DNA from: Candidatus Odyssella sp.
GTDB lineage: Bacteria; Pseudomonadota; Alphaproteobacteria; Paracaedibacterales; Paracaedibacteraceae
Direction: 5' to 3'
Assembly: GCA_020718185.1 (NCBI GenBank)
Contig: DYSP01000001.1
Location: 22,913 to 86,912 of the forward strand
Length of the DNA stretch: 64,000 nt
In this document: in pieces, positions 63,477 to 64,000 of the stretch
Layout of the letters: each line of letters begins with the position of its first letter
How positions within the stretch are numbered: the first letter of the stretch is position 1
Notes under the pieces: generated by a model
The model's database searches: none
The model's input: only the letters and a program-made list of their open reading frames with translations
Told to the model about the DNA's origin: nothing
Translations under genes and position numbers: made by a program

Positions 63477-63688
63477 TAGATTACCTAAAATTTCGACAAA
63501 TCATCTTTCAAGATAGTGATATCAGAGTTTTTTCCAGATGCCGACAAAATTATTTACTTTATAAGAAATAACTAAAATTTGACTGTGAATCTTTACTTTT
63601 TAGGGTAAAAATGTCACTAATTCTACAAAGAGATTTCACTATGCCCTTTATTATTTGAAATTATTCGAAAACAGGAAATTTTAGACAA

Positions 63689-64000
63689 ATGATTGATAAC
63701 TTTGATTGTGTGATTCCGTTTCACTTAGAAAAATCCAATATTCGCGGACGTCTTGTGCGTTTGGATGGGATGATTCAAGATATTATCAAGCATCATCATT
63801 ACCCACCATTGGTTAACTATTACTTAGGGCAGGCAATAACATTATCCTTAGCCATCGCTAGTTGCTTTAAATTTCATGGATTATTTACGTTACAAATCAC
63901 AGGTAATGGTCCGTTGAAATTATTGGTAGTTGATATTAGTAAAGAAGGCCATGTACGTGCATGTGCAAGGTTTGATGCCGATAAAATTACCGTTCTTGAC
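63689..64000 (+). CDS. hslO: Hsp33 redox chaperone (3' truncated by window edge)
   Basis: MIDNFDCVIPFHLEKSNIRGRLVRL...HHYP..V...LG.A...K..G..TLQI.GNGPL.LLVVD....G.VRA. Confidence 0.9.
   Translation, partial: MIDNFDCVIPFHLEKSNIRGRLVRLDGMIQDIIKHHHYPPLVNYYLGQAITLSLAIASCFKFHGLFTLQITGNGPLKLLVVDISKEGHVRACARFDADKITVLD

Noticed and set aside
63481-63608. TTACCTAAAA...TTTTAGGGTAA flanking symmetry
   Set aside because: No internal pairing to support an element.
1-64000. tRNA, rRNA, prophage or defence-system genes
   Set aside because: No cloverleaf or rRNA signatures, integrase, phage structural or defence motifs were recognised by inspection.

Overview
AT-rich alphaproteobacterial chromosomal segment, most consistent with a Holosporales-like host-associated bacterium (inferred from gene content and style, not from a search). 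Housekeeping content: M17 aminopeptidase, porin-pstSCAB, corC-ybeY-phoH-miaB-ispDF-mnmA, ddpX, tsaB-rimI, a TetR-controlled EmrAB/NodT efflux system, pgpA, ettA, lrp, lpxO, sua5-uvrA, an Atm1-like ABC transporter, ispA-xseB, hbd-etfAB-pduO, two MFS, a DASS and partial hslO. Signs of decay: a sigma54-driven flgI-flgJ-flgN-flgK-flgL-fliW operon with frameshifted flgI, a secretin in three frames, and an IS110/IS1111 relic. The strongest unannotated signals are four. (1) A set of palindromic elements resembling Rickettsia RPEs: two ~160-nt TA-flanked copies, an eroded ~125-nt relative and two ~60-nt derivatives. Their G-U pattern implies folding on one strand, antisense to the host transcript. (2) One copy splits a secreted mannan-binding-lectin (MVL-type) gene that is restored exactly in frame on removal. 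(3) A 22-codon Thr/Ser-rich leader ORF and a C-rich, G-poor tract precede a DAACS amino-acid symporter, a candidate Rho-dependent attenuator. (4) The IS1111-like 3' non-coding end survives although its transposase is dead. No rRNA, tRNA or CRISPR array was recognised.
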